Positions 47,363-57,419 of a stretch of DNA of 64,000 nt are shown one piece after another. The notes beneath the pieces were generated by a model that made no database searches, was not told the origin of the DNA, and was given only the letters and a program-made list of their open reading frames with translations. The position numbers and the translations under genes were made by a program. The stretch spans positions 1,080 to 65,079 of the forward strand of contig CAISER010000006.1 in the NCBI GenBank assembly GCA_903884375.1, written 5' to 3'. The DNA is from Candidatus Collierbacteria bacterium (GTDB lineage Bacteria > Patescibacteriota > Microgenomatia > UBA1400 > MFAQ01). Each line of letters starts with the position of its first letter. The first letter of the stretch is position 1.

Positions 47363-48445
47363 ATGGCGACACTAACAGAGGCATCAATAACAGCAAGAAA
47401 GGTGATTAAATTTGGAGCAATTGGGTTTGTAGGAATTACCATACTTTGGTACTTGGGAGTAGCTGCAGTTAAATATTATCAATTGATGAATCCCCCTGCT
47501 CTACCCGACCCAACTGTTGACTTTGGAAAGTTACCAAAAATAAATTTTCCGGCGAGTGATAATAGGCCAAAGTTGATCCTGGAATTACCGACAGGAGGAA
47601 TTCCCGTGTTTGTCGATAGAATGAGAGTTTATTCCCAACCAATTAACAAAAGTAGTTTCACCGACACCGAAAAAGCTGTTGAAATGGCAGCAGCACTTGG
47701 GTTTTTGTTTAAACCTGATCAAAAGACTGAATCAAACTACGTATGGACAAACCAAGACCAATTGAATTCTAAATTGGATATGAATATTATTAGTGGTCAT
47801 TTTACTCTTTCTAGACAATGGCAAAATAACCCTGCCTTGGCATCAATGGCGAGTTTTAGTTCTGACAAAGCAGTAATCATGGACACCGAAAATTATTTAA
47901 GTAGAGTTGGTTTGTTGAGCTCAGATATTGTTGGTGTTGAAAAATTAACTTATTACAAGGACGATGGTGGAAAATTGGGCAATGCTTTGTCTTTATCTGA
48001 TGCAGATTTTGTCCAAATAGATCTTTTTAGAAAAAATATGGATGAAATTGACCCTGAAAGTAAAACAAAGGAAGTAAAAGCTAGTTATCCTTTTTATAGA
48101 AGCGACCCCAACTTGGGTTTGTTGAGAGTTGTTGTGTCCGGGTCAAAAAATTTAAGTGAAAAGATTATTAATATGCAATATGGATATAACAAGATTGTTT
48201 ATAGCGAAAACGGAACATACCCAATTAAGACCGGGGAGGAGGCTTGGAGGGAACTAGAAGGAGGTAGTGGTTTTGTGTTTTTGGGTGAAGCAATATCTCC
48301 AGAAGTTAAAATTAGAAGAATTTTCTTAGGCTATTTTGATGCCGATTCCAGTACCGGATATGCCATGCCAATTTATATTTTCCTTGGCGACCAAGGGTTC
48401 ACTGCATATGTATCCGCCGTGCAAAATGCATGGATAAAAAACTGA
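47363..48445 (+). CDS. Hypothetical membrane-anchored protein
   Basis: 360 aa; single N-terminal TM helix, large extracytoplasmic domain; no family recognised. Confidence 0.4.
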   Translation: MATLTEASITARKVIKFGAIGFVGITILWYLGVAAVKYYQLMNPPALPDPTVDFGKLPKINFPASDNRPKLILELPTGGIPVFVDRMRVYSQPINKSSFTDTEKAVEMAAALGFLFKPDQKTESNYVWTNQDQLNSKLDMNIISGHFTLSRQWQNNPALASMASFSSDKAVIMDTENYLSRVGLLSSDIVGVEKLTYYKDDGGKLGNALSLSDADFVQIDLFRKNMDEIDPESKTKEVKASYPFYRSDPNLGLLRVVVSGSKNLSEKIINMQYGYNKIVYSENGTYPIKTGEEAWRELEGGSGFVFLGEAISPEVKIRRIFLGYFDADSSTGYAMPIYIFLGDQGFTAYVSAVQNAWIKN

Positions 48446-48447
48446 GG

Positions 48448-49362
48448 TTATTCCCAAGAATAATTGGTATATATCCAATCGAAAATTAATTCTGCTTCTT
48501 TAAAACGATCTTTACTATTTAGGAGAGAAATAATGATTGGATGATTGTCTTTTTCGGCGAGGACAATTAAACACTCTCCCGCTTCCGGAGTCCACCCGGT
48601 TTTCACTCCATAAATTCCTGGTTTACCGAGAAGCAGATTGGTGGTTTCCAATGGGTAGATATTTCCCTTTAAACTTTTGACTGTAATTTTTTGAGTGGAA
48701 ACAATGGAGGAAAATTGAGGTCTTGATAGAGCAGCTTTTGCTAACATGGTGATGTCATAGGGTGTAGTGTAATGATTGGGACTTTCTACCCCTGAAACAT
48801 TAGCGAAATGTGTGTTTTGAAGCCCCATTTCGATACTTTTGGAATTCATTCTGGCAATAAAAGATTGGTAACCTCCCGGGTAATTTTCCGCAAAAGTAAC
48901 TGCGGCATCGTTTCCTGATGGAACAAGTAATCCATAAAGCAAATCCTGTGCATTGAGTTTGTCACCTTTTATTAAATTAATAGTATTACCGTTGGAGTTT
49001 TGACCATTTTTTACTAAGAGAATTGAGTCTTCATCAAAATAATCCATGGCTACTAAGGCAGTCATAATTTTTGTGAGCGATGCGGGTTTCAAACGAGTTT
49101 GTGAATTTTTTTCATAAAGAACAACACCTGTATCAAGATCGATAACAAAAACACCAGTCGCCGAAAGAGTTGGTGAAGAAATATTTTTGGAAACCGGCAT
49201 AGTTGGTTCGCTAACAAAAGCGGCTTTTACAATTGGTTTTTTTGTTGTGGAGGGAGATTTGAAAACTGGGAAAAACATCATGAATAACGAAAGACATGAT
49301 AGCGCAACAATGTTTAAAACAAAGCGGAAACTGATAATATTTAATTCTTTTATTTTTTTCAT
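48448..49362 (-). CDS. D-alanyl-D-alanine carboxypeptidase, peptidase S11 (second copy)
   Basis: SxxK (ASLTK), SxN (SGND) and KTG (VKTG) motifs. Confidence 0.85.
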   Translation of the reverse strand: MKKIKELNIISFRFVLNIVALSCLSLFMMFFPVFKSPSTTKKPIVKAAFVSEPTMPVSKNISSPTLSATGVFVIDLDTGVVLYEKNSQTRLKPASLTKIMTALVAMDYFDEDSILLVKNGQNSNGNTINLIKGDKLNAQDLLYGLLVPSGNDAAVTFAENYPGGYQSFIARMNSKSIEMGLQNTHFANVSGVESPNHYTTPYDITMLAKAALSRPQFSSIVSTQKITVKSLKGNIYPLETTNLLLGKPGIYGVKTGWTPEAGECLIVLAEKDNHPIIISLLNSKDRFKEAELIFDWIYTNYSWE

Positions 49363-49382
49363 TCCAACTCCTTCATTTTATA

Positions 49383-50873
49383 CTAGGAGTCTTGTTCGTG
49401 AACAACTTTTCTGATTTCAATTTTAGCTTTATGCGTTTTAACAAATCTGAGCCAATTTTTATTTGGTTTTTTTATCGTCTTAGATTTTTGGATTTCAATA
49501 ATATCACCACTTTTTAAGTGATAATCAAGAGTAACAATTCGCCCATTGACCTTTGCTGTTTGAATGTAGTGTCCGAGATCTGAATGAACACTAAAAGCAA
49601 AATCTATCGGAGTTGAGTTTTCCGGAAGATCATACACATCTCCATTCGGAGAAAATACGTAAATATGCGACGATAAAGCATCTAATTTATAGTCTTCTAA
49701 ACTGTCTTTCTCATTTCCACTAATTTGATTTTGCCACCCAGCTAGTTGTTTGACCCAAGACATTTTGTCGGTAATTTTGAAGGCTGTGCCTTCCTGTAAT
49801 TTTGTCCCTGAAGCTCCGTGACTTTTAGCGTCTGAATAGGCGAAGTGAGCAGCAGCACCAAACTCCGCGTTTAGATGCATTTCTTCTGAGCGAATTTGAA
49901 TCTCAACAATATTGCCCATATTGTCAAAAATTTTGGTATGAATAGATTGATAGCCGTTTGGTTTTGGTTGGGCAATAAAATCGGAAATTCCAATATTAGG
50001 AACCGGTTTCCAATATTGATGAATAACTCCAAGGGCTGAGTAACAATCGGAGGTGTTCCGGGTAATAACCCTTACCGCCATTAAATCATAAATTTTGGTA
50101 ATATCGCGATTAATCTCAGGCCGTAATAATTTTTTGTATAAACTAAATTTTCTCTTGGGGCGACCTTCTACTTTAGCGTTTAGGTTATGTTTTACCAATT
50201 GTTGACGAAGCTTGTTCATTATTCCTGAAACATTTTTCTCCGAGTACTTAAAGTGAGGTCTGGCAATATTTTGAAGCCAAGTGAATTCATCAGGCAGAAT
50301 ATATGGGAAAGCTAAATCTTCGAGATCTCCTTTTAGTTTACCCATACCAAGTCTTTCAGCCAAAGGTGCATAAACCTCTAAAGTTTCAATGGCGATACGT
50401 TTTTGTTTTGATAGCGGAACCCCTTCAAGTGTTGAGATATTGTGAAGTCTATCGGCTAAACGAATAAGAACAACTCTAATATCTTGAGCCATAGCTACAA
50501 ACATCTTCCGAAGGTTTTCCAAAAATTCATTTTTCTGACTACCTCGTAATTTGACCTTACCAACCCGATTTACCCCTTCAACAAGTTTGCCGACTTCCTT
50601 GCCAAAACGAGCACTTATTTCGTTAATACCGATGTTGGACATGTCCGGCAAATCATGAAGTAAGGCGGATTCTAAACTGGCTTGATCCAATCCCCAACCG
50701 GCAAGAATAGATGCCGTGGCTATTGGATGATTGATATAAGCTTCTCCGGTTTGACGAATTTGACCTTGGTGTTTTTCCTCCGCAAATAGAAAGACTTTTT
50801 TAAGTCTGTTTTCATCAATATCTAATTGACTGTTTTTGGCTTGGATGAGTAAATCTTCAAAGCTTTTCTCCAT
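49383..50873 (-). CDS. rel: Bifunctional (p)ppGpp synthetase/hydrolase, short Rel/SpoT lacking ACT
   Basis: HD hydrolase domain (HPIATASIL...HD), RelA_SpoT synthetase domain, C-terminal TGS domain; 496 aa. Confidence 0.85.
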   Translation of the reverse strand: MEKSFEDLLIQAKNSQLDIDENRLKKVFLFAEEKHQGQIRQTGEAYINHPIATASILAGWGLDQASLESALLHDLPDMSNIGINEISARFGKEVGKLVEGVNRVGKVKLRGSQKNEFLENLRKMFVAMAQDIRVVLIRLADRLHNISTLEGVPLSKQKRIAIETLEVYAPLAERLGMGKLKGDLEDLAFPYILPDEFTWLQNIARPHFKYSEKNVSGIMNKLRQQLVKHNLNAKVEGRPKRKFSLYKKLLRPEINRDITKIYDLMAVRVITRNTSDCYSALGVIHQYWKPVPNIGISDFIAQPKPNGYQSIHTKIFDNMGNIVEIQIRSEEMHLNAEFGAAAHFAYSDAKSHGASGTKLQEGTAFKITDKMSWVKQLAGWQNQISGNEKDSLEDYKLDALSSHIYVFSPNGDVYDLPENSTPIDFAFSVHSDLGHYIQTAKVNGRIVTLDYHLKSGDIIEIQKSKTIKKPNKNWLRFVKTHKAKIEIRKVVHEQDS

Positions 50874-50911
50874 AGCGTATTTTACCTTGTTTGCCGTGAT
50901 AAGATTGGTGC

Positions 50912-52372
50912 GTGTATAGGCGATTTTTATTACCAGATGAGGTGATTTTAATTCCTGATGAATTAAAACAAGTAATTAACGATTATATTTCTAGTGGTTT
51001 TGAGATTTATTTGGTTGGAGGTGGAGTAAGAAATATTTTGATGGGAAAAGTACCGGAAAATTGTGATTTGACGACAAATGCAACACCAGAACAAAGCCTT
51101 GAGGTTTTGGAAAAGCATCAACCCTTTTACAATAATGATTTTGGGACTGTGTCGTACGAGGTGGGAATTGAAGGACACAAAGAACTATATGAAATAACTA
51201 CTTACAGATCAGAAAAAGAATATTCTGATTTTAGAAGACCAGATAATGTAAGCTGGGGAAAAACCTTGGAGGATGATGTGACTCGTAGAGATTTTACGGT
51301 GAATGCTATGGTGATCGGGAAAAAAGAAAATAAATATGAGTTAGTTGATTTGGTCGGCGGTTTGGAGGACTTTGAGAAAGGTATCGTAAAAGCTGTAGGA
51401 GAGCCCGAAAAACGATTTGGGGAAGATGCTTTGCGTATGATGAGGGCGATCCGTTTTGCGGCGCGTTTGGGTTTTTCGATTGAAAAAGAAACTTTAAAAG
51501 CGATCACCATAAAAGCTTCTTTGCTCGACAATATCAGTAGAGAAAGAGTGCGAGACGAACTATTAAAAATTATTAGCTCTAATTATCCGGCTGATGGTAC
51601 CATACTTCTCATTACTACCGGATTAATGGAGCATATTATGCCGGAAATTCTGGAGGCAAGAGGGGTGATGCAGGGCGGACACCACACATTAACAGTGCTT
51701 GATCATATGATTGAATGTCTAAGAAATAGTTCTTCACCCGATCCTTTTGTTCGCTTTGCAACATTAATACACGATATTGGGAAACCAAGAAGCCAAAGAT
51801 TTAAATGTCGAAAATGCGGAAAGATGTTTAGAGATTTGGCTGAAGAAATGACAGCCTGTGCTAACTGCGGTTTTAATCAGCTAACCAGAGGAATGATTAC
51901 CTTTTATGGTCATGAAGTGATCGGGGCAAAAATGGCTAAAGAGATTTGTGAAAGACTGAGATTTACCAACAAACAAACAGAAAAAATCGTTACTCTAGTA
52001 CGAATGCACATGTTTGCTTACCAACCGGAAATGACAGATGCGGCGATACGAAGAATCATAAGAAAAGTAGGCAAAGAAAATATTGCTGACATGATTCTTC
52101 TGAGAATTGCCGATCGAAAAGGAAGTGGTTCAAAAACGACCAGTTGGAGATTCATGGAGCTACAAAAACGAATTGGAGAGCAACTTTTTGAGCCGATGGA
52201 AATAAAGGATATGGTTATTGATGGACGAGATGTTATGGAGGCTCTTAAGGTTAGTCCGGGGCCAATTATAGGAAAAGTGTTGAAGAAATTATTTGATGAG
52301 GTTTTGGAAGATACCAATAAAAATAACAAAGAGTATTTACTTTCGCGGATTAAAGAAATCGGAAACTGCTAA
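50912..52372 (+). CDS. cca: CCA-adding tRNA nucleotidyltransferase with an HD domain carrying a zinc-ribbon insertion
   Basis: Pol-beta NTase head (LVGGGVRNILMGK...DLTT), HD domain HDIGK...YGHEVIGA interrupted by CRKCG-x16-CANCG. Confidence 0.85.
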   Translation: MYRRFLLPDEVILIPDELKQVINDYISSGFEIYLVGGGVRNILMGKVPENCDLTTNATPEQSLEVLEKHQPFYNNDFGTVSYEVGIEGHKELYEITTYRSEKEYSDFRRPDNVSWGKTLEDDVTRRDFTVNAMVIGKKENKYELVDLVGGLEDFEKGIVKAVGEPEKRFGEDALRMMRAIRFAARLGFSIEKETLKAITIKASLLDNISRERVRDELLKIISSNYPADGTILLITTGLMEHIMPEILEARGVMQGGHHTLTVLDHMIECLRNSSSPDPFVRFATLIHDIGKPRSQRFKCRKCGKMFRDLAEEMTACANCGFNQLTRGMITFYGHEVIGAKMAKEICERLRFTNKQTEKIVTLVRMHMFAYQPEMTDAAIRRIIRKVGKENIADMILLRIADRKGSGSKTTSWRFMELQKRIGEQLFEPMEIKDMVIDGRDVMEALKVSPGPIIGKVLKKLFDEVLEDTNKNNKEYLLSRIKEIGNC

Positions 52373-52404
52373 TAGATTCCAGAATATTCAGTAAATTTAT
52401 ATCG

Positions 52405-53259
52405 TTATTTCTTATTGAAAATTTTTTCCCAAACAATCAGAAGAGGAGCGGCAGTAAAGGTGGAAGAATAAGTGCCGGTAATAGTACCAATCAAGAGAGC
52501 CAAGGAAAAGTATTTTGTGGTTTCACCTCCAATAAGGAATAGAGCAATTAACATAAAAATAATAGTTAGAGAGTTATTTAGAGAACGAACCATCGTTTCG
52601 GTTACGGCTTGGTTGACTAAAGTAGTAAAATCAACGTTTTTGTTTTTGTGGGAAAGTTCACGAATACGATCATAAACAACAATAGTGTCATGGGTAGAGA
52701 AAGAAAGGATGGTTAGAACGGCGGTAACAAAAAGTAAATCAATTTCGATACTGTAGAAATGCCCTAGGAGACTAAAACTACCTAGAAGAATTAATGAGTC
52801 GTGTAGCATGGCAATTACTGCACAAACTCCGTATTTGACTTTTTTAAAGGCAGAACTTATATAAAGAAGGAGGACAATGCTGGAGATAGCAAGAGCCCAA
52901 AGAGTTTTATTGATGGTTTCTTTTCCGAGAGCTGCGCCAATAGTTTCGAAACCACCAATTTTGATTTCAGGGTTATCCTTTTTTAGAGTATCAATAGCTT
53001 TTTGGGCAGATTCTTGAGAAATGTTCTTAGTTTTTAAAGTTACTGTTGAAAGTGTTTTGTCTTCAAGAGAAGGAGTGTATTCTTTAAATGATTGAAGAAC
53101 GGAATCTGATGTTGTTTTTATATTCTCTACTGTCAGACGAGTTCCTCCGGTAAATTCGATGGATGGTTTAAATCCAAATTTTATTAAAGAGTAAACTCCC
53201 GGAACAATAAAAATTGCTGAGATCAAAAAGTAGATTACGAGATGTTTCATCCAATTCAT
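52405..53259 (-). CDS. secF: Protein-export membrane protein SecF
   Basis: 284 aa; SecD/SecF 6-TM core; directly downstream of secD. Confidence 0.85.
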   Translation of the reverse strand: MNWMKHLVIYFLISAIFIVPGVYSLIKFGFKPSIEFTGGTRLTVENIKTTSDSVLQSFKEYTPSLEDKTLSTVTLKTKNISQESAQKAIDTLKKDNPEIKIGGFETIGAALGKETINKTLWALAISSIVLLLYISSAFKKVKYGVCAVIAMLHDSLILLGSFSLLGHFYSIEIDLLFVTAVLTILSFSTHDTIVVYDRIRELSHKNKNVDFTTLVNQAVTETMVRSLNNSLTIIFMLIALFLIGGETTKYFSLALLIGTITGTYSSTFTAAPLLIVWEKIFNKK

Positions 53260-53260
53260 A

Positions 53261-54607
53261 TTATTTCAATTTATTTATTTCTAAAGTTTTACCTTTGTAA
53301 AAAAGGCGGAGCAGATTACGAGTGACGACAATGCCAGTAAAGAGCGAGATCAATATTCCAAGAATGAGAGTAAGGGCAAACCCCCTAACAGCACCCGAAG
53401 TGTTTAAAAAACTCCAATCCAAAGGATTAAAAAGAATAAAGCCAGTGATAATGGTAGCCGTATTAGCATCTTTAATACTGTCCCAGGCGCGACCAAAGGC
53501 AAGTTCAAGCGCGACCTGCCATGTACGTCCCGCTCTGATTTCTTCTTTGTAACGCTCAAAAATAAGAATATTGGAATCGACAGCCATACCAACAGAGAGT
53601 AAAAAACCAGCAATCCCCGGCAAACTAAGAACGACTGAAATCATTTTGTAAATCGCGAGAGTATAGAGACCATACAAGATCAAACCAATTGAAGCAATAA
53701 TACCCATCCGGCCATAGTTACCAATCATAAATAAAACAACCATAAAGAGACCAATTGCTCCAGCAATAATACTTTTTTGAATTGAGTCTGCTCCTAAAGT
53801 AGCAGGAATATTTTTCTGACTTAGAATAGAAACCGGAACCGGAAGAGCTCCGGCGTTTAGCTGCACAGCAAGAGCCTTAGCTTCGTCTGTAGTAAAATTC
53901 CCAGTAATTTGAGCATTACCATCAATAATTTCAACCTGAACAGTGGGCATTGTTATTGGGTAACCGTCGAGTAAAATAGCAATTGGTTTGCCAATGTTTT
54001 CCTTGGTGAGTTTGGCAAATTTTGTTTTTCCTGAATCTTTAAAGGTAATGGCAACCGCAGGGCTTCGGTCTTGTGTTTCAAAGGTTACAGAAGCTCTTGA
54101 AAGATCTGCTCCTGACAAATCCGTTGGGGAAAAACCTGAAAGGGTAGCTGAGTCCGTGGCAGTTTTCCCTTGAGAATAAAGAGGAAGGGCAAATTCCATT
54201 TTTGCTGTTTGACCAATAAGATCAAGTGCCTGTTGGGGGTCGGAAACGCCAGGAAGTTCCAGAATAAGTCGATATTCATTGCCGGAAACCGCAGTCTTGA
54301 TACCTGATTCGGAAACTCCAAAAAGGTCGACTCGACGACTAATGACTGTTTTGACTGATTCTAAGGCAGTGGAACGGTCATCTGGTTTTATTTCTTTCAT
54401 ATCGGCCGTGAGAATAACCTGAAGACCTCCTTTGATATCAAGACCTTGTTTTAATTCAATTTCTTTAGCTAAATCTAGATTTCCAATTTTGTATTTAAGA
54501 CGAGGAATTTGAATATTAAATATTTTTGCCGGGAAAACAAGATATAGCGAGATTAGGGTAATTACGCAGATAAAGATAAAAACCTTTTGTGGTTTTGAAA
54601 GAGTCAT
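53261..54607 (-). CDS. secD: Protein-export membrane protein SecD
   Basis: 448 aa; large periplasmic P1 domain plus SecDF TM core. Confidence 0.85.
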   Translation of the reverse strand: MTLSKPQKVFIFICVITLISLYLVFPAKIFNIQIPRLKYKIGNLDLAKEIELKQGLDIKGGLQVILTADMKEIKPDDRSTALESVKTVISRRVDLFGVSESGIKTAVSGNEYRLILELPGVSDPQQALDLIGQTAKMEFALPLYSQGKTATDSATLSGFSPTDLSGADLSRASVTFETQDRSPAVAITFKDSGKTKFAKLTKENIGKPIAILLDGYPITMPTVQVEIIDGNAQITGNFTTDEAKALAVQLNAGALPVPVSILSQKNIPATLGADSIQKSIIAGAIGLFMVVLFMIGNYGRMGIIASIGLILYGLYTLAIYKMISVVLSLPGIAGFLLSVGMAVDSNILIFERYKEEIRAGRTWQVALELAFGRAWDSIKDANTATIITGFILFNPLDWSFLNTSGAVRGFALTLILGILISLFTGIVVTRNLLRLFYKGKTLEINKLK

Positions 54608-54614
54608 TTAAAAA

Positions 54615-54818
54615 TTATATATGTTTTTGATGCCTATTTTTGGGAGAAAGACCAAGACTTAGTTGATGACTATCGATAAAATTTACAGTAAGAGAATTAT
54701 TTAATTCCCTTATTACATCAACCTGATCACCTGGTTTGAGTGAAAGGTCTTTAACAAGATTGGAAGGAAGAGTAATTCCAAGTGAGTTACCGACTTTTAG
54801 AATTTTTTGTGTGGCCAT
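54615..54818 (-). CDS. AbrB/MazE/SpoVT-family DNA-binding protein (antitoxin-like)
   Basis: 67 aa; swapped-hairpin motif KVGNSLGITLPSNLVKDLSLKPGDQV. Confidence 0.6.
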   Translation of the reverse strand: MATQKILKVGNSLGITLPSNLVKDLSLKPGDQVDVIRELNNSLTVNFIDSHQLSLGLSPKNRHQKHI

Positions 54819-55399
54819 TATCCGAGTAGTTGAATTTCGTCCCCTATCAGGGTAATCCGCGGTTGAAGAAGAACTTTAATAATAAAGGGGTCTTGATGGT
54901 TTATGCGATATTTAAATTCGTCTTCGGTCATACAAGAATAGTTAATTTCTGTATCCATTAGCTTTTCGGCTGTTTTTACCAGAATTGATACTTGAGGCAT
55001 GATAATTTTACCGATAATCATTAGATCAACTTCTTCGGTGTCTCTTTTTAATCCTCTAGCTAATTTTTGAGAGATGAAGGCAAATTTTACAAATCCAAGT
55101 TTACTTTTATTTTTAAGTATAAGTTTCCCGAGCCCCGTAGATTTTGATACTAAATTTGAAAGTTCCGGATAAATTGAGAAAGTAGTTTTAACTGAGTAGT
55201 AAAGACGATTGCCTCTTTTTTCGCTTTTTAGGAGTCCGGCTTTCTGAAGATGTTCCAGTTCACGTCTTATGGCATTAATTTCTTCCTTGGTTTTTCTGGT
55301 TAGCTCACGAACATAAAACATGTTTTTTGAGTCCGAAAGAAAAATCTTTAGAAGTTTAACCCTAACTTTAGAAATGATTAAATCTGATAGTTTGGCCAT
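54818..55399 (-). CDS. Winged-helix regulator fused to a degenerate minimal nucleotidyltransferase (MNT-like) domain
   Basis: N-terminal ArsR/MarR-like wHTH (YVRELTRKTKEEINAIRRELEHLQKAGLL); C-terminal FAFISQKLARG...EVDLMIIG resembles the GSxARG...DxD Pol-beta NTase motif with GS replaced by IS. Confidence 0.4.
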   Translation of the reverse strand: MAKLSDLIISKVRVKLLKIFLSDSKNMFYVRELTRKTKEEINAIRRELEHLQKAGLLKSEKRGNRLYYSVKTTFSIYPELSNLVSKSTGLGKLILKNKSKLGFVKFAFISQKLARGLKRDTEEVDLMIIGKIIMPQVSILVKTAEKLMDTEINYSCMTEDEFKYRINHQDPFIIKVLLQPRITLIGDEIQLLG

Positions 55400-55447
55400 A
55401 TATTGTGGCCCACCAAAGGCGGGCGGGCAGGCCTAACTAATAATATC

Positions 55448-56665
55448 CTAATTGTACTCGACTTTGTTGCCAATGGGTAATAATTCTACCCAAATGTTTC
55501 CAGGAACAAACACCATTTCTTTTCCCGCTTTGTCATAAAAGACTGTGCGTTCTAGTTGTTTGGTTTTTTTCCAAGTAACTTCTGTGACAACTCCGTTTTG
55601 AAAAATTAAACCCGTACCGGAACCAATGACGTCATAGTACAAATGCTTACCGTAATCACCTAGCTCGGTTTCTTTGGCAAACTGGACAATGACGTTTGAG
55701 GCAGATAGTTGTTGTTTGGTATCGAAATCTATGTGTGCTACTCCTGCGTTGAAACGAAGATATGTTTTGGAGGCCGGATCGTATTTCCATTCAACAGCAA
55801 AATCAGAATAGTTTTTCCAAAACTCAAATTTAATATTAGTTGCGGGAGTACCGGAGACAACGAGATCTTTGTTTGTTTTCCAAGATTTAAAGCCTGATAA
55901 CCATGTATTGTCGTTTGGCATTTTTGCAGTGTATCCACGTGTCATGGCTTGTTTCCAGGCAGCCGGTAACGAACCGACCATGGTGTGCTCAGTTATATCA
56001 GGAGTTGCATTACCACGGCGATTGGCATCACGGAAAAGTACTGGCATACCAGTATCCCCTGTCGTGTCAAAATCATTACCACCAGGTTTTCTCCAGCCAA
56101 GTTTTGTAAGTTCTTCAATGGCAAAGGCCTTGGGATGGCTAACACATTGGCCAGTCCCTTCGTCTCGACCGCAATTGGCTCCGCCTACATGCATGTAAAT
56201 CGGCGTATTGTATTCTGCGGCTATGTTTACGAAATAAATACGGGCGGAACGAACCGGAGCGACTCTGGCGGTATCGGATTGAGCACCACAATAAAAGACG
56301 CCCATAAAACGGGTGATTCCGCCTTCAGCTACAGCTTCATAGACGATATCGGCTACCGACAGACCAGATTGAGGTCTAACTGTGACATCGTTTTCAATCA
56401 TTGCTAATATTGGTCGGCGTGTTTCCCATAAAGCTTTTTCGGATTTACTATAAAGCTTTCCGTTTATGGGACAGACTTCTGTTTTTGGTTCGTTGACAAA
56501 CTGCCCAAATCCGGTGGATTTGATTGTTTCATCAGAGGCAATATTCGGAGAAATTAATGCACCGCCAGAATCCGGAACGGTAGCATAAGCAATCCCGCCA
56601 AAAACTAAATAAGTAACTATTAAACCAATAATTGTTTTTAGAGAAAATAATTTTGATGAAAACAT
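55448..56665 (-). CDS. DUF3048-family secreted protein (YerB-like)
   Basis: Signal peptide; RPILAMIENDVTVRPQSGLSVADIVYEAVAEGGITRFMGVF matches the DUF3048 N-terminal signature. Confidence 0.6.
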   Translation of the reverse strand: MFSSKLFSLKTIIGLIVTYLVFGGIAYATVPDSGGALISPNIASDETIKSTGFGQFVNEPKTEVCPINGKLYSKSEKALWETRRPILAMIENDVTVRPQSGLSVADIVYEAVAEGGITRFMGVFYCGAQSDTARVAPVRSARIYFVNIAAEYNTPIYMHVGGANCGRDEGTGQCVSHPKAFAIEELTKLGWRKPGGNDFDTTGDTGMPVLFRDANRRGNATPDITEHTMVGSLPAAWKQAMTRGYTAKMPNDNTWLSGFKSWKTNKDLVVSGTPATNIKFEFWKNYSDFAVEWKYDPASKTYLRFNAGVAHIDFDTKQQLSASNVIVQFAKETELGDYGKHLYYDVIGSGTGLIFQNGVVTEVTWKKTKQLERTVFYDKAGKEMVFVPGNIWVELLPIGNKVEYN

Positions 56666-56668
56666 GAA

Positions 56669-57157
56669 TTATTTTAAAGCTTGTTTAATAACTTCTTGCT
56701 CTTCGCTGCTTAGAGTTTGAGTGTTGACTTTACCACCGTCGACTTTTTTGGCGTAGAGACGAGTATTTTCGCGACTATGTAATGAGCTTATCATAATACC
56801 ATCCCCCAAGTCATTAAGAAAAGCCGCGGTAAAACTCTGATCGCCACCCGTATCAGTAAAAGGATTATATCTTTTGAATCCAAGTTTCTGAAGATGCTTT
56901 TTGTTTTCATTGATTTCTTTATTTAATTTGTCACTTTGAATTTCGATATCTTTTGAATTTCTTTCTGAAATAGAAATTAAATGATTTAAAGAAGAAATAA
57001 GATCTTTTTTGGAAATGTTGGCGGTGAGACGAGAATAATGAAGAAGCGTTTTAATCAAAAGAATAGTAATTATTAATAACCACAAGGCAAAACCGCCATA
57101 AAGATAATTTATTGGTATCATAGACATATTAAGTTTACTACACTCAATTATGATCAA
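56669..57157 (-). CDS. DUF4446-family membrane protein
   Basis: N-terminal TM; GFKRYNPFTDTGGDQSF...YAKKVDGG core typical of DUF4446. Confidence 0.55.
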   Translation of the reverse strand: MIIIECSKLNMSMIPINYLYGGFALWLLIITILLIKTLLHYSRLTANISKKDLISSLNHLISISERNSKDIEIQSDKLNKEINENKKHLQKLGFKRYNPFTDTGGDQSFTAAFLNDLGDGIMISSLHSRENTRLYAKKVDGGKVNTQTLSSEEQEVIKQALK

Positions 57158-57392
57158 TCATAGAAAAACAAGGAAACAAAAGATAAGAAGTGAAATGCGT
57201 CAAAAAGAGAACGAAGCATTTCGAGTTAAGGCTGAATGGCTTCAAACAGGCACAAAAAGCAAGAAAGCCATTACTTTATATAATGAACCAGAAAAAAAAT
57301 TTTTGCGATTGGACTTGACAAAGACTTTGTTGCTGTCTATGCTTGTCCTAGCCTTGGAGTTAGCTTTGTGGCAGTATTTATCAAGGCACTAA
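57150..57392 (+). CDS. Hypothetical small protein
   Basis: 80-aa ORF, basic N-terminus, hydrophobic C-terminus; overlaps the start of the divergent DUF4446 gene; weak. Confidence 0.2.
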   Translation: MINHRKTRKQKIRSEMRQKENEAFRVKAEWLQTGTKSKKAITLYNEPEKKFLRLDLTKTLLLSMLVLALELALWQYLSRH

Positions 57393-57419
57393 CAAAAAGA
57401 AAGGGGGTGAACCAAGTAA

